Source: Octopus sinensis (lineage: Eukaryota). Taken from it: a stretch of DNA of 64,000 nucleotides. Position numbers and translations under genes: made by a program. Positions 51,517-64,000 of the stretch are shown in pieces. Under the pieces are notes generated by a model. That model did no database searches and had not been told where the DNA came from. It worked only from the letters and a program-made list of their open reading frames with translations. The stretch covers positions 66,464,001 through 66,528,000 of the forward strand of contig NC_043000.1 in NCBI RefSeq assembly GCF_006345805.1. Direction: 5' to 3'. How positions within the stretch are numbered: position 1 is the stretch's first letter; each line of letters opens with the position of its first letter.

Positions 51517-52600
51517 CTCAGGGTGGGGAAGCAAAATTTACAATATTTTGAGGCAGAGATTGAAAGACAGTGTATGACCAATTTGTTTATTGAAAGTCAT
51601 GAGAATTTATTTGCCACAAGACAATTTACATAATAGAAAATATTTTTATTCTATGTGTTGTCCTTCTTTCTCAATAACTGCCTTCACACGCTTCCTGAAA
51701 CTTGCACAGGCATTCCTCAAATATTTGGGAGAAAACTTCTCTCATTCTTCTTTAATAGTATCTTTAAGAGAGTCGACATTGCTGTGTGATGTTCTATTGG
51801 TAGCATGTTCTAAAGCGCCCCAAATAGCATAATCCAGAGAGTTTAGATCTGGGCTAGAATGCGGCCATAAACATGATTCCAAAAAATTGCTAAAGTTGGA
51901 TTTGCAGAAATCTTGTATTTTTCTAGCTGTGTGGACTGGAGCACCATCCTGTGTCCATACATAATTACCATCTGGGTAGTTTGCTTTAAGCCATGGCAAT
52001 ACTTGGTATCTCAGAGTCTTGTAGTAAGTATTAACATTGATCTTTTCATCAGCTTTGTAGAATTTTATAGGCATTTTCTTTCCATCGGAAGCCACAGCAC
52101 CAAAAGCCATAACTTGAGCAGGATCTTTTGTTTTGAATGTCCCCCTTAACCTCAGCTGTTGATTTTGCAATAAATCTGTCATTTCTGCTGTTCAGAACAG
52201 CATCGACAGTGAAGATCTTTTCATTTGAAAAGATCGTTACAATGGAGGACTTTTTCTTGAAACATGTAATAATTTTCTTGCACCTCTCCAATCTCTTTTC
52301 CTTCATAGCTGTTGTCAACAAGTGTTTTGGTGTTCTCGTGTAAGATTTTAACCTCAAATCATATTTTACAGCATTTCTAATGTTCTTGTTGTCTACCTCA
52401 AGTTCAATTGCCATTTTTCTCATGGATTTGGTTAGATCCTTTAGGATTTGGGATTTGAGAGCTTTGATAAAAGCTTTGGTACATCTTTTGTTGATTCCTC
52501 AACTTTCAGACTTCCTCGTAATAGATTTGCTCATAGTCATTCTATTCTTTACATTATAAATAGTCTTTATGGACACTCCAACTATTTTTGAAATCTCCAT
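51517..52600 (-). mobile_element. Tc1/mariner maT-family (DD37D) transposon, frameshifted, 5' end missing
   Basis: IFSNEKIFTVD (first D to N); WTQDGAPVH...WPHSSPDLNSLDY with 37 residues between the second and third D; terminus TA|CTCAGGGTGGGGAAG. Confidence 0.9.
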
Positions 52601-54098
52601 TTGGTAATATTTTGTTACCCTAGTATAATTTAACTCAGTTTTATATACAGTATTCCAGTAGCTACTACTTGGGATATGTATGTTGTTGTATAGACCAGTG
52701 GCTCCATAGCTCAACAAGCTCTTTCACCAAAATAGCATTTTACAAATACTTCTTAAGATAATTTTAATCAAGCTAATTTTGCATATCCATATTTTCTTAC
52801 ACTACCCAATCCAGAATGTGCTACTTTCTATATATTTGCATGGACTAATGCTTCTATATTTAATTTTTATGGAAATTATTAAAGAAGGTGAGAACTTATA
52901 CATCACAATCATATTTGACATTTACATACCACCAAATACTGATTAATATGATGTCATGTTCATATTTTAATCCCCCCCAATTTTTTTTCTTTGAAAATAT
53001 GTTTAAAATATAAGTATTTTATCTGACTTATTTAATTTGTTTTTATGGAAAACCCCAATCCCTCTAAACACCCTCTACCTTCCATATCCACCCTCACCCC
53101 ACCTATCTTTGTGAGCTCACAATTCTCCAAAAGTTCTTAACCCAGGTTTAGACTCAGCTCAGCACTTTATGATCAGACTTATGATCAAATTTGTTCTAGC
53201 CATGACTATTTTGTCTTTTGTTTTTAGACAAAGTATATAAGAGATCATATTATCTAATGTATTCACTTTTAAAACAAGAGTTTGATCTCAGGGAGATCAG
53301 CAGGTTGTTTGTTGTTATGCAAAAATTGTGAATATGATTCTCAATTTTTTTTTTTGCTATCTTAGCCACATTTAATTTACAGAGATGTGTGAGCAAACAA
53401 TTGGATATACATATTGTACCTGTAAGTGTGTATGTTTTAGATATGTATCTATGAGTGTGTATATATAGTATGTGTGACTGTTAGTGAGTGATTATGACAG
53501 CAAGCCAAACAATATATGACATATGAATTCAGGAGGAAGTATTATCCTGCAGATATAGTAGCAAAACTGAAAAGCTGGATATATCTAAACATCTAATCTA
53601 ATATAGTCCAGAGTAATTATAGCTATGATCATGTTACAGACTTACAGAGAAACACCATGATAGTGCTACACATTACTTCATGACGTACAATCTGAGAAAA
53701 TATCAATGGAGGTAATCTGCACAATGATATGAAGGACATCAGAAAGTCACAATGAGGTTACCATGCTTAAAGCCTAACAATTTTAAGAATATTTTATAAC
53801 TCAAATATAGTCAAGGAAGAATACAATGATAAATATCACATAGTTAACTTTTAAACATTAACAATCATTTGTTGTAATTTGATGTCTGCATTGTCATCAT
53901 GAAATGCTGAGTGGGTAAGATTTTAGATGTCTTCTCATGTCTCTGATTAATCAGTTAATTCAACATATCACAATTCCATGACCTATTGAATAAGATTGGA
54001 ATATTATTGGCAATAGAGTTTTCTTTGATAATTAGCTTAATGGTTTGGAATCTGGAGGTAAAGAGTGGCTTTATGCAATCTTGAGATTTATGAATATA

Positions 54099-54115
54099 TT
54101 TATTTTCATTTTATT
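54099..54115 (-). terminator. Candidate polyadenylation signals (two AATAAA) of the EEF1AKMT1-like gene
   Basis: AATAAA on the minus strand at 54110-54115 and 54099-54104, about 190-200 nt after the stop. Confidence 0.4.
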
Positions 54116-54302
54116 TCAACAGTTAGAACACAGAATATTAACAAATAAAAATATGTATATGTCTTTAAGTAATAAAAAAAGAAAAGATTTGAAATGCAAG
54201 CAATTTTAAAAACCCAAATAAAATTATTCAAATTTAATACACCTTTATCAGTGTTTACTTGAATTTTTTCAATTTTCACAAAAGAGCTTAAAGTGAGCAG
54301 CT

Positions 54303-54463
54303 TCAAGTTTTTGGGGTTTCCACTTTTTTTACTTCTAGAAATTCATCCTTGAGATTAGTAAAACATGCATATGGATTCTGCAGTCCACCTGCATGCCCTA
54401 TTACCCAATCAGTTTTCTTCAGTTCAAGCAACTCTTCAACATGTTTTACAAGCGGCTCTTGTT
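54303..54463 (-). CDS. EEF1AKMT1: EEF1AKMT1-like terminal coding exon with TGA
   Basis: ttttccag|AA, phase matches. EQEPLVKHVEELLELKKTDWVIGHAGGLQNPYACFTNLK...PKT* parallels [29 protein letters not shown]. Confidence 0.82.
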
Positions 54464-55636
54464 CTGGAAAAAAAAATTTTAATTAAGCAAATCAATCAAG
54501 AAACCTTGTTATTAATTATTTAAAAACATATTAAGAAAGAATTTAATCTGAAAATTTAACAGCATGCATTCAATGAGATTACATATTTTAAAAAAGAGGT
54601 TAATTACTGCAGATGTGTTAATGACTGAAGAAAAAGTGCAAATGAAGCAGATAAACTAAAAGATCTTTCCAGATAAAGAATATGGAACCAACATCAAACT
54701 GTTGTTGACATGTAGTGGATCAGTACCAAAAAAAAACCTAACTGAAAGCAATTTAGAGCTTCATTTATTTTGGCAGTGTTATAGCCAACAACCCTATGAT
54801 CTACAGAAACGTCAATAACCATGAGTTCAAAATGAATAACTCCTTTGGTTACCTTTCCAAAAGTCAGTCACTTCAGATCTCAACTGAAATTTAAGTCTAT
54901 AAGGCAATGGTTACTCTAGTGCAGATCAGAAGCAGGAGGATTATATAGGGTGCCATGTAGAGCAGTCTACAAATTGCCTTGAAAGTTTTCTGGTATTAAC
55001 ACATGACAAATAATGCAGTCTTGTTCAAAAGAAAGTAGGTTCTTTTGAACAAAGAGAAGAAAGTAGGTTACACAAACATTAGTTATAGCTACATCCAAGT
55101 AGCTTTACATCAGAACTTAGCATATTTTTTTCGCTGTTTTTGCAGATTCCCATGACTCTGTTGCCATCCAATTCCATTATTATGAATTTGAATTGGGAGC
55201 TTGAGTCATGGTGAATCTTTTATTAGCTGATTACACAACCATGGATGCCACCATCAATGGATGCATTGCAATTACTCTTTTGATAGAACTTGGTGATCCT
55301 GACTGTTGATCTTCTAGGATTCCTCTACTCAGCATCAGTGTAAGAAGCACCACTAGATGAGTTGAGCTCTTCAACTGCCTCTTCACAACTGCCATGCTGC
55401 AGTCTCATGACTTTACTTTATCCTTGGTGGCAGAACAGGTGTTATGCCTTGCCAAAGGACAGCCTGTAACTATGCAGGGCAGGGTCATTACACTGTGAGG
55501 TGTTTTCAAAATACCTGCATACCAGTACTTAGCTTATAAAAAGAACTATATCATGGTAAGTTTGTGATAATCTATCCAACTTATGAACAATGTACAAAAT
55601 TTAAAGCGCTGAAAATTTAAAAATTTGGTAACATAC

Positions 55637-55923
55637 CTGTAGTTGTACAAAACATAATTTTGCAGTCTGACTTCTTTAGATACTGAATGGTTATAATAAT
55701 TTTTCGGATGCACATGTAAGTGAAATGTGGTGTGTCAGCTACCAATATATCAAATTTCCCCTTATAATCATCGCCCATTTCTTTTGGTCGGTTGAAGTCA
55801 TAGGGCACATAATTATCAAACTGCTGGCATTTAGCTTCATCAACATCAAAAAGGAATACTTTACCCTTTTTAAGAGTGCCCGTAAGATTTCGGTGAATAG
55901 TAGGACAGCAGACACAGCCAATT
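55637..55923 (-). CDS. EEF1AKMT1: EEF1AKMT1/N6AMT2-like methyltransferase, penultimate coding exon (divergent)
   Basis: gtttcag|A...G|GTATGT. RIGCVCCPTIH...VFLFDVD...YVPYDFNRP...FDILVADTPHFTYMCIRK...KIMFCT parallels EEF1AKMT1 RIACVSAPSVY...IFEYD...FYDYNNP...FDIVIADPPYLSEECLRK...KILLCT. Confidence 0.85.
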
Positions 55924-55944
55924 CTGAAACAAATTACACACATG

Positions 55945-57068
55945 TATGTAAATTTACACCAGCAATGCTACAACGCCACCTTAAGAATAAACGTAACTAT
56001 GCCTCTCCTGGTCTCGATGGTATTACATACCTACTTCTCAAATGTGGTGGGTACTTTCTTCTAAACCAACTTTCACTATTCTTTCAATTTTGTCTTGACA
56101 ATGGTGTTACTCCAGAGCAGTGGAAAACTACCAGTGTTATCCCTCTGTTCAAAACAGGTGACCGCACATCGCCTGTCAACTATCGTCAGTCTTACTAGCT
56201 GCATTGCCAAACTGATGGAATCCTGTGTCAGAGAAACCCTCTGGAACTTCTGGAAGTCTCACAGCCTCATCCAGCCATCACAATTTGGATTTATTCCTAA
56301 CTCCAGCTGCTGTAATCAACTCATCGAGTTTCTTGAGAACATTACCCGAATCACTGATGGCAGCTCCTGGGTGGATGTTGTTTACCTGGACTTTGCTAAG
56401 GCTTTTAATTCTGTGGCACACAAAAGACTTATGGTGAAACTCCCTGCAATGGGTGTAAGAGATGATCTCCATAGCTGGTTGAAGTCCTTCATTATCAGCT
56501 GAAAAGAGGTTGTCACAGTTCTAGGACAGCACTCTTCACCCTATGAGATGACATCTGGTGTACCACAGGGATTTGTTCTTGGCCCCCTTTTATTTGTAGC
56601 ATATGTTAATGACATAGATGCCAACTTAAAGAATGCCACAGTGCTGAAATATGCAGATGACATCAAGCTGTACCTCGAAATAAAGAGGACAGATCCCATA
56701 CACTATAGATCTTTATTGCAATCAGACCTGGATACAATGCAGCAGTGAATCATACAAAGTCAGAAAACAGCACAGCTCCCATGACTTTCAGAAATATTTT
56801 TTCGTGCTAAGAGTTGCTGAAGTACGGAACAAACTGCCGGCATCAGTTGTTAGTTGTCGGAGCACTGCATCCTTCAAAACTTCCATGCTTCCTGAGATTC
56901 GCCAACACTACACCTGATTTTCTCCTCTCCATACACACGCAAACATGTATCTGACTCATACACTGTTCACTTCCCAGACATTTGTACATTACTGCATATT
57001 CTTTATACGCACTTTTGACAAGTTGTGGTGCACCTGAGCACTGAATACAATAATTTCATTATTATTTT
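55945..57068 (+). mobile_element. 5'-truncated, internally deleted CR1-like LINE
   Basis: SPGLDGI, NYR, SQFGF, VVYLDFAKAF, SGVPQGFVLGP, KYADDIK; (ATT)n tail. Confidence 0.92.
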
Positions 57069-57690
57069 TAAATAACAAACAGATTTTAATACAAATCTCT
57101 TATTTTTATGAGACAACTGGATTACAGAAGCAGAACTGTAATCCTCCATGTACAAAACAATTCAGAAAAAAAATTTGTAAAATATTCAAAAAATTAAATA
57201 CTTAGATCTAGTTGCATACACCAAAATGGAGAAGGGGAAAAGGAACTTAGGAAAATGAATGAAATTTTGAAAAGATTTTTTTCAGATTCACAATATTCAA
57301 AGCATCCCCACTTTAGATCATGAACCAAATAATTTTTTCAAGGCAAATAGTTGATTGCTTGATTCAGTTTTTACTTTTTCTCTTCTTTTTTTTTAACATA
57401 ACTTTCCAAATGTAACCATCCCGTCTCTTAATCCCTAACCCTGAACCTAATCTTAATCCCTAACTCTAAGTGATTGTAAATGATGATGATAGCAATGCAG
57501 TTACATGTTTGTGGGAACAAGACAGCATGGATGGCATGGTAGCCAAAAAAAAAAGAGAAATTTAAGGGATTGCAGAGTGATAGAAAAGAAAAGGACAGAA
57601 GTGAGAGAGAGAGTGATACCTGTCAATAAAGAATGGAAGGAGAGAGAGTGATGAATAGCATGAGACAGAGGGGAGAGAGAAAGAAAGCTG

Positions 57691-57914
57691 CCTTTTTGCA
57701 TGCAGATTATTTTGTCAAATCTAATGCTTATTCATTCACATTCTTTTGAATTAATCATATATTATCTCATAGCTTTGAAATTTTGATGATGTAGTTGTGT
57801 ATTTTAAGAATAACATTGTATGGTAGGTATGAGAGGCCAGATCTGGTTGGTTTGATCACAAAACTGGTAGAATATTTCTGATGAATATGGATAATTTAAA
57901 TGCTGAAGGATTAA
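57691..57914. mobile_element. Diverged second copy of the same piggyBac-type MITE
   Basis: Colinear similarity to 4117-4336 (cagattattttgtcaaat...aaaactggtagaa...gaaggattaa). Confidence 0.7.
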
Positions 57915-58099
57915 GGTATAGGGTACTGGATACAAAAAGCCATTCCTTGTTATGCATATGAAAGAGAGAGAGGGAGGGAGAAGAAGAGAGAGAGAGAGAT
58001 AAGAGGGTACATTACATGAAGACTTAACAGAAACACAATGAATGACACACAAAATATAGATGGTATGTTATATATCCCAACTACCATTGCTACCACAAT

Positions 58100-58620
58100 T
58101 TAACTTCTGTTTTGCCCTGCTGGCATGAGTCAGTTGGTCTTATTTAGCACTACATCACCCCTTGTGTCACCATCTCTCTTTCATAAAGTTCAATCATTTG
58201 AGAATAGTCTTCCTCATTTTGTTCTATGTTTTCCTAGGTCTTGTTCTTCCTCAGAAGTACTTCTCTTGCAGTTGCTTCATAACTCGATCCATCAATTTCA
58301 TGTCTTTGTAGTCATGTCTCTTCTGTACACTCTTCTGCCCTTGAAGTACTTGAAGATATTGCTACACAAGTCATTGGGTATGACACCTTCCTTTACTATA
58401 TGATAAATTGGCTAAAATGCGATCTACTTCTCCAGATATTATCAATCAACATTTCAGTGATTATCCCTGATGGTCAGCCGTCTTCTTTGATTTCCTACAC
58501 TGTAATGCTGTGAATTTCAATGACCTTGTTTGGATCTACTAGGGATAAGCCTTTTCTCTATCATGCAAAAAAACTGTACTTGTAGCATTCTCATGCTGCT
58601 TTCTCTTCAGCAAGGGATCA
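58100..58620 (-). mobile_element. Highly decayed RTE fragment
   Basis: PSGIITEM / KEGVIPND-like remnants, homologous to 63200-63400. Confidence 0.65.
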
Positions 58621-58850
58621 GTGTGCCATGACAATATTTTATAGAAGTATTTATGTTTCATAAATTACATGTGTTTATACATATACCTATGTGTGTGTAT
58701 GTACACTTTCACTTTCCCTTAGTCTCTCTCATTTTCCCTGCCTCAGTGAAAATAACTTTACAGGCCTCACAATAGACTTTTTTATTTCAAATCATGGTCT
58801 TCATAGTTAGCTTTTTCAGCAGTGAACTCAAGCTGGATATATGTCGTGCC

Positions 58851-58898
<48 letters not shown>

Positions 58899-59499
58899 AT
58901 ATAATATATATATATAATATATATATATATTATATAACTAACACCTCTCTTTCTACGCAGATCATAATCCCCTTATTAGTTCTTTTCATTATTCTATCTA
59001 TTTCATTACCTATATACACATAGTTTCATTTTCCACGCTGTTATGTTTTAAAAACAAACTTAAGTTCCCTTCGCTCGATCCAATTCTCTCTCTTTCATGC
59101 GCATTTACTATCATCACTTATTCATCCATTTATTTAATTTTGTCACATTATTACTTATTCATTTCTCTAATTTTGTCACAGATTGGCTGACCGAAAACTC
59201 TAAGATTTTCAAATCTATCTCACTATTATCATGTTATTCCCTGACACCAGCAGTTGCTGTTTCGCGGTACCTAGGCCCTCCTACCCCACCACCTGTACCG
59301 GAAGTCTCTATCCTCTGACATCTTTCGGATGTCTCCCATGAACACTTCTAAAGGCTTAATGCCATCTCCACCCCTACTTAGGGTTTTATCTCCTATGTAA
59401 GGTAGTGATCATATAGTGCATAAAAATGATGGTGTAATGTCTGAAGGTTGAAGGCTATTGTTTGTTTATGAATTCTGCCAAATGTGAGCTTTCTTTTCA

Positions 59500-60040
59500 G
59501 GTACATGACACTGCTGTCCCCCATCCCAAGGTCTCACGGGCCCACATCTCCTACATCCTCAGAGTTGGCACACTCAATGTGGGAACACTAAAAGGTAGGC
59601 CTGGTGAGATTGTTGAGATACTTGAATGGAGACATGTAGATTTGTGCAGCATCCAAGAAGTAAGGTGGAGAGGAGGTTCTGCTAGGTTCCTCACAGGCAA
59701 AGAACATAGGTACAAGATTTTCTGGGCAGGGAACACTGACAGGGTCTGGGTCGTGGGTATACTTCTTGTGGAGAAATGGGTTGATAAGGCAATCGAGGTA
59801 GTCAGAGTCTGTGATAGAATACTTAAGATAAGGTTAGTGCTGCAACATGGGTTAGCAGCCATTATCTTGGCCTATGCTCCTCAGCTGGGGCTACCTGATG
59901 GACAGAAACACTGATTTTATGATGCCCTCTTGCTGACTACCTCATTGATGAATGACAGGGACCTTCTTTTTGTGGCTGGTGACTTCAGTGGACATGTTGG
60001 ACAATATGCAGGGGGCTTCCATGGCAAACATGGAGGCTAT
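59500..60040 (+). mobile_element. RTE APE-endonuclease 5' fragment
   Basis: LRVGTLNVGTL..IQEVRWRG..AYAPQ..VAGDFSGHVG. Confidence 0.9.
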
Positions 60041-60480
60041 GGGCATATGGCATAGTGGTTAAGAGCACACACTACTAACCCCAAGATTCTGAGTTTGACT
60101 CCAGGCAGTGACCTGAACAATAATGATGATGATGACGACATCAAAAAATACCTTAGGAATGAGAACCCAGGTTCAAAATTTCTACAAGATACCTGATGAA
60201 AGCTGGAAGGTATATCAGCCGAAACGTTGTATTAACAACAAGGAAGACGAGGAGAAATATCCGTCAATTGTAAATAATGTACATAATTCCTCATCTCTCA
60301 AATACAGAACCATGATATATAGTTCTATATAGTTCTATATTTAAGAGAATGAGGAATTATATACATTATTTATACTATTTACATTCGACAGACTATGCCA
60401 TATGCCCATGGACATATGGCGTAGTGGCTACTAACCCCAAGATTCCAAGTTTGATTCCAAACAGTAACCTAAACAATAAC

Positions 60481-60511
<31 letters not shown>

Positions 60512-60652
60512 TCGAAAAATACCTTAGGAACAAGAACCTAGGTTCAAAATTTCCCCAAGACACCTGATGAAGGCTAGAAGGTATATCAGCCAAAACGTGT
60601 TAACAACAAACAAGATGAGTACAAATATCTGTCGAATGTAAAATAATGTACA
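60041..60652 (+). mobile_element. tRNA-headed SINE with Penelope-like HHR tail: copy 1 (60041-60310), inverted deleted copy (60332-60407), copy 2 (60410-60652)
   Basis: A-box TGGCATAGTGG, B-box GAGTTTGACTCC, (AAT)n linker, CTGATGA..GAAACGTT core. Confidence 0.75.
60188..60233 (+). ncRNA. Minimal Penelope-type hammerhead-like motif
   Basis: GATAC-CTGATGA-A-AGCTG..CAGCC-GAAACGTT-GTATT; helix I GATAC/GTATT. Confidence 0.6.
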
Positions 60653-60681
60653 TGATATATATATATATATATATATATATC

Positions 60682-60712
<31 letters not shown>

Positions 60713-60823
60713 TATTATATGTAAAATACATAATATATATATTTTATGTATAATATATATATGTAATACATAATTTTATATGTATAATATATATATTATA
60801 TGTATAACATATATATATATATA

Positions 60824-61202
60824 CTAGCAGTATCGCCCGGCGTTGCTCGGGTTTGTAAGGGAAATAACTATAAAGCATTTTTAGAGAGTTATAGCCAAAA
60901 AATGGAAAAACATGATGGTAAATTTTTTTTTGAGATTTAAAAAAGGTGGAGTTGCGTCCCCTAGACAGTTTGTGGTTCGTGTTTCTGATTCTTGACGCCA
61001 TGTCGAATTTATCGATTTTTTTCAGAACTGGGGGAACTTTTCAACATTTTCGCTGCGTTAGTTTTGAATTATGACATTGGGCTATGTGTGTGTCAAGTTT
61101 CATCAGAATCGGTTGAAAGCCGTGGTCAGGGTGAGGGTACAAGCAAACAGACACACAGAATCACGCACAGACAAACTGCCGTTTATATATAGAGAGAAGA
61201 GA
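60824..61202 (-). mobile_element. Non-autonomous Helitron in (TA)n
   Basis: Minus strand A|TCTCTTCTCTCTATATATAAACGG ... CCCGAGCAACGCCGGG hairpin ... CTAG|T. Confidence 0.85.
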
Positions 61203-61261
61203 TGTAGAATATATATATTTATATATATATGTAATATACATTTTTATATGTATAATATATA

Positions 61262-64000
61262 TCATCATCATCATTTAACATCCGCTTTCGATGCTAACAT
61301 GGGTTGGACGATTTGACTGAGGACTGGCGAACCAGGCTCCAATCTGGCAGAGTTTCTACAGCTGGATGCCCTTCCTAACGCCAACCATTCAGAGAGTGTA
61401 GTGGATGCTTTTACGTGCCACAGAAACGAGGACCAGTCAAGTGGTATTGGCAACGGCCACACCCAAATAGTCTTTTTTTTTTATGTGCTACCTGCACGCT
61501 GGCACAAGTACCAGTAAGGCGATGCTGGTAACGATCACGCTCGAATGGCGCTTTTTACGTGTCACTAGCACAGATGCCAGTTAGCTGCTCTGATGGTGCT
61601 CTTAGTGCTCCACTAGCATGGATGCCTGTCATCAAATTTGATTTCGATTTCACTTGCCTCAACAGGTATTTGCAAGCAGCGTCCAATGAAGGGAAGGTAC
61701 TAATAAGTGGGCTGGTTACACCCCTGGCATAGGCCACAAGGTTATGGTCTCATTTGGCTTGCTGGGTCTTCTCAAGCACAGCATATTTCCAAAAGTCTCG
61801 GTCGCTAGTCATTGCATCAGTGAGGCTTAATGTTCGAAGTTTGTGCGTCACCACTTCATCCCAGGTCTTCCTGGGTCTACCTCTTCCATAGATTCCCTCA
61901 ACCACTAGGGTGTGGTACATTTTCATACAGCTATCCTCATCCATTCTCAACACATGACCATACCAGTGTAGTCGTCTCTCTTTCACACTACATCTGATGC
62001 TTCTTAGGTCCAACTTTTCTCTCAAGGTATTTACAGTCTATCGAGTAAGCACACTGACATTACACATCCATCGGATCATACTGGCTTCATTTCTTGCAAG
62101 CTTATGCATGTCCTCAGCAGTCATGGCCCATGTTTCACTGCCATGGAGCATGACTGTTCATACACATGCATCATACAGTCTACCTTTTACTCTGAGTGAG
62201 AGACCCTTTGTCACCAGCAGAGGTAAGAGCTCTCTAAACTTTGCCCAGGCTATTCTTATTCTAGCAGCTACACTTTCAGCGCACCCTCCCCCACTACTGA
62301 CTTGGTTGCCTAGGTAACAGAAGCTATTAACTACTTCTAGTTTTTCTCCCTGGAAGGTGGCAGAAGTTGTTCTCTACATATTTTCAGTGTTTATTGCTCC
62401 TGAGAATCTGCCACATACAAAAACTATCTTCCCAGTTAGCCTTCCTTTGATATTGCTGCACCTCTTATGTGTCCATAGCTTACACTGGGTACATGTTATA
62501 GAGTTTCTACCTACACTTTTTCTACAGATTGAGCAGGGCCATCTACCTGACGGGATTTATGGTTTTCCTGCCTTCCTACTTATTAGGACTTTGGTTTTAG
62601 CTAGGTTGACTCTAAGGCTCCTCGATTCTAAACCCTCCTTCCACACCTGGAACTTCTCCTCCAGTTCTGATAGTGACTCAGCAATTAGAACAAGGTCGTC
62701 AGCATAGAGGAGCTCCCAGGGGCAACCTGTCTTGAATTCCTCCGTAATTGCCTGGAGGACTATGATAAATAGGAGGGGGCTAAGTACTGAACCCTGGTGG
62801 ACCCCAACCTCTACTTTGAATTCTTCTGTGTACATGTTGCCAACCCTAACCTTACTTACGGCATCCCTGTACATGGCTTGCACAGCCCTCACCAGCCATT
62901 CATCTATCCCTAGTTTCCTCATTGACCACCAGATAAGGGATCTGGGGACCCTGTCAGAGGCTTTCTCTATATCAACAAAAGCCAGGTACAGAGGTCTATC
63001 TTTGGCCAGGTATTTCTCCTGCAGCTGTCTTACCAGAAATATAGCATCAGCGGAGCTTTTCCCTGGCACGAACCCAAACTGCATCTCATCTAAACTGACT
63101 CTCTCCCTAATTATTTGGGCTATGACTCTCTCCGTGAAACTTCATTACCTGATCTAACAACTTGATACCTCTGTAATTATTTGTATCTAAAACGTCACCT
63201 TTTCCTTTGTAGCAGTTGACTACAGTGCTGCTACACCAGTCATTGGGTATGACTCCTTCGTGTATCACCTGGTTAACTATACGGGTGACTAGACTATAGC
63301 CAACACTGTCAGATATTTTGAGCATCTCTGCAGTGATTCCTGATGGGCCGGGGGCTTTCCCTGTCTTCATACTCTTAATTGCTTTATCTACCAAGGTACT
63401 GTCAACTCGGACAGCAGGTCCCTCTGATGGGTCGACATTTGGCAGACTCTCTTTCTCCCATTCATTTACTTTATTTGGTAACCTTTCATAGTGGCGTCTC
63501 CAAACCTCTCTCTTTGCAGCCTCGTCTAGTGCAAGTGAACCATCATCCATGCAAACACATTTCTCTCCTACAACATCACAATTCTCTCTCACACACTGTC
63601 TTGCAAAACAAAATACCTCAAGTCTTTGGTCCTCATGGCACAGAACAATGGCAAATTTTTTCTTATCTGCTTCCTCTCTGGGTAAATAAACCTGCCTCCT
63701 AGCTTCCCTTCCGGCAGTCTCATACAATTCCCTGCTACCACCATTCTTCCAGTCCTTCCAAGCCTGTTTCTTTTCTCTAATAGCCCTGTCAACAACATTG
63801 TTCCACCACCATGTTATTTTGGGTCGAGAGGGGACTTTGCACCATCCACAGATCTGGTCAGTTGTCCCTAGCAGATTGTTCTGTAGAAACCTCCAGTTGT
63901 CTTCTACATTGTGTGAAGCTATATCCCCTGCTATTTCGTCAAAGACTTCAAGTAATACGTCTCTAAATCTCTGTCCATTGGCAGGATCTTTAAGCTTCCA
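61262..64000 (-). mobile_element. RTE LINE (frameshifted), extending beyond window end
   Basis: KAPGPSGITAEM, NYRGIKLL, QFGF, GVHQGSVLSP, LLYADD, RLHWYGHV; (TGA)n tail. Confidence 0.95.

Noticed and set aside
57430-57468. CCCTAA-like interstitial telomeric repeats
   Set aside because: Only a few degenerate units; more likely low-complexity or TE-internal sequence
57069-64000. Searched for upstream EEF1AKMT1-like exons (WQLSQFWY-type)
   Set aside because: Nothing recognisable; region is TE and microsatellite DNA

Overview
AT-rich, repeat-dense eukaryotic genomic DNA. The SINE/LINE families and microsatellite load suggest a coleoid cephalopod, probably Octopus (inference). Two spliced host genes lie on the minus strand. 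(1) A 5'-nucleotidase domain-containing HAD phosphatase (NT5DC3/NT5DC2 family): 11 phase-consistent GT-AG exons from the ATG at 43820 down to 2255 (355 codons), continuing past the left edge. (2) The last two coding exons (55923-55637, 54463-54303) of a divergent EEF1AKMT1/N6AMT2-like methyltransferase in which the DPPY/F motif reads DTPH. Introns and intergenic DNA hold a decayed Gypsy LTR element with a nested piggyBac-type MITE, R4/Dong-like RLE LINEs, several RTE LINEs (one with a PHD-finger-containing RT ORF), CR1-like fragments, a DD37D maT transposon, three Helitrons, MITEs and many tRNA-derived SINEs. The most striking unexplained signal is a set of hammerhead-ribozyme (HHR) cores in three different Penelope-like repeats. 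These are a near-perfect 602-bp inverted repeat carrying a type-I HHR with a long helix II in each arm, a GIY-YIG-only element with another long-helix-II HHR, and a tRNA-headed SINE with an HHR tail. Two of these HHRs are sense to NT5DC3 intron 1. Several local inverted duplications also occur. All calls are from reading the sequence by eye; no searches or folding programs were run.
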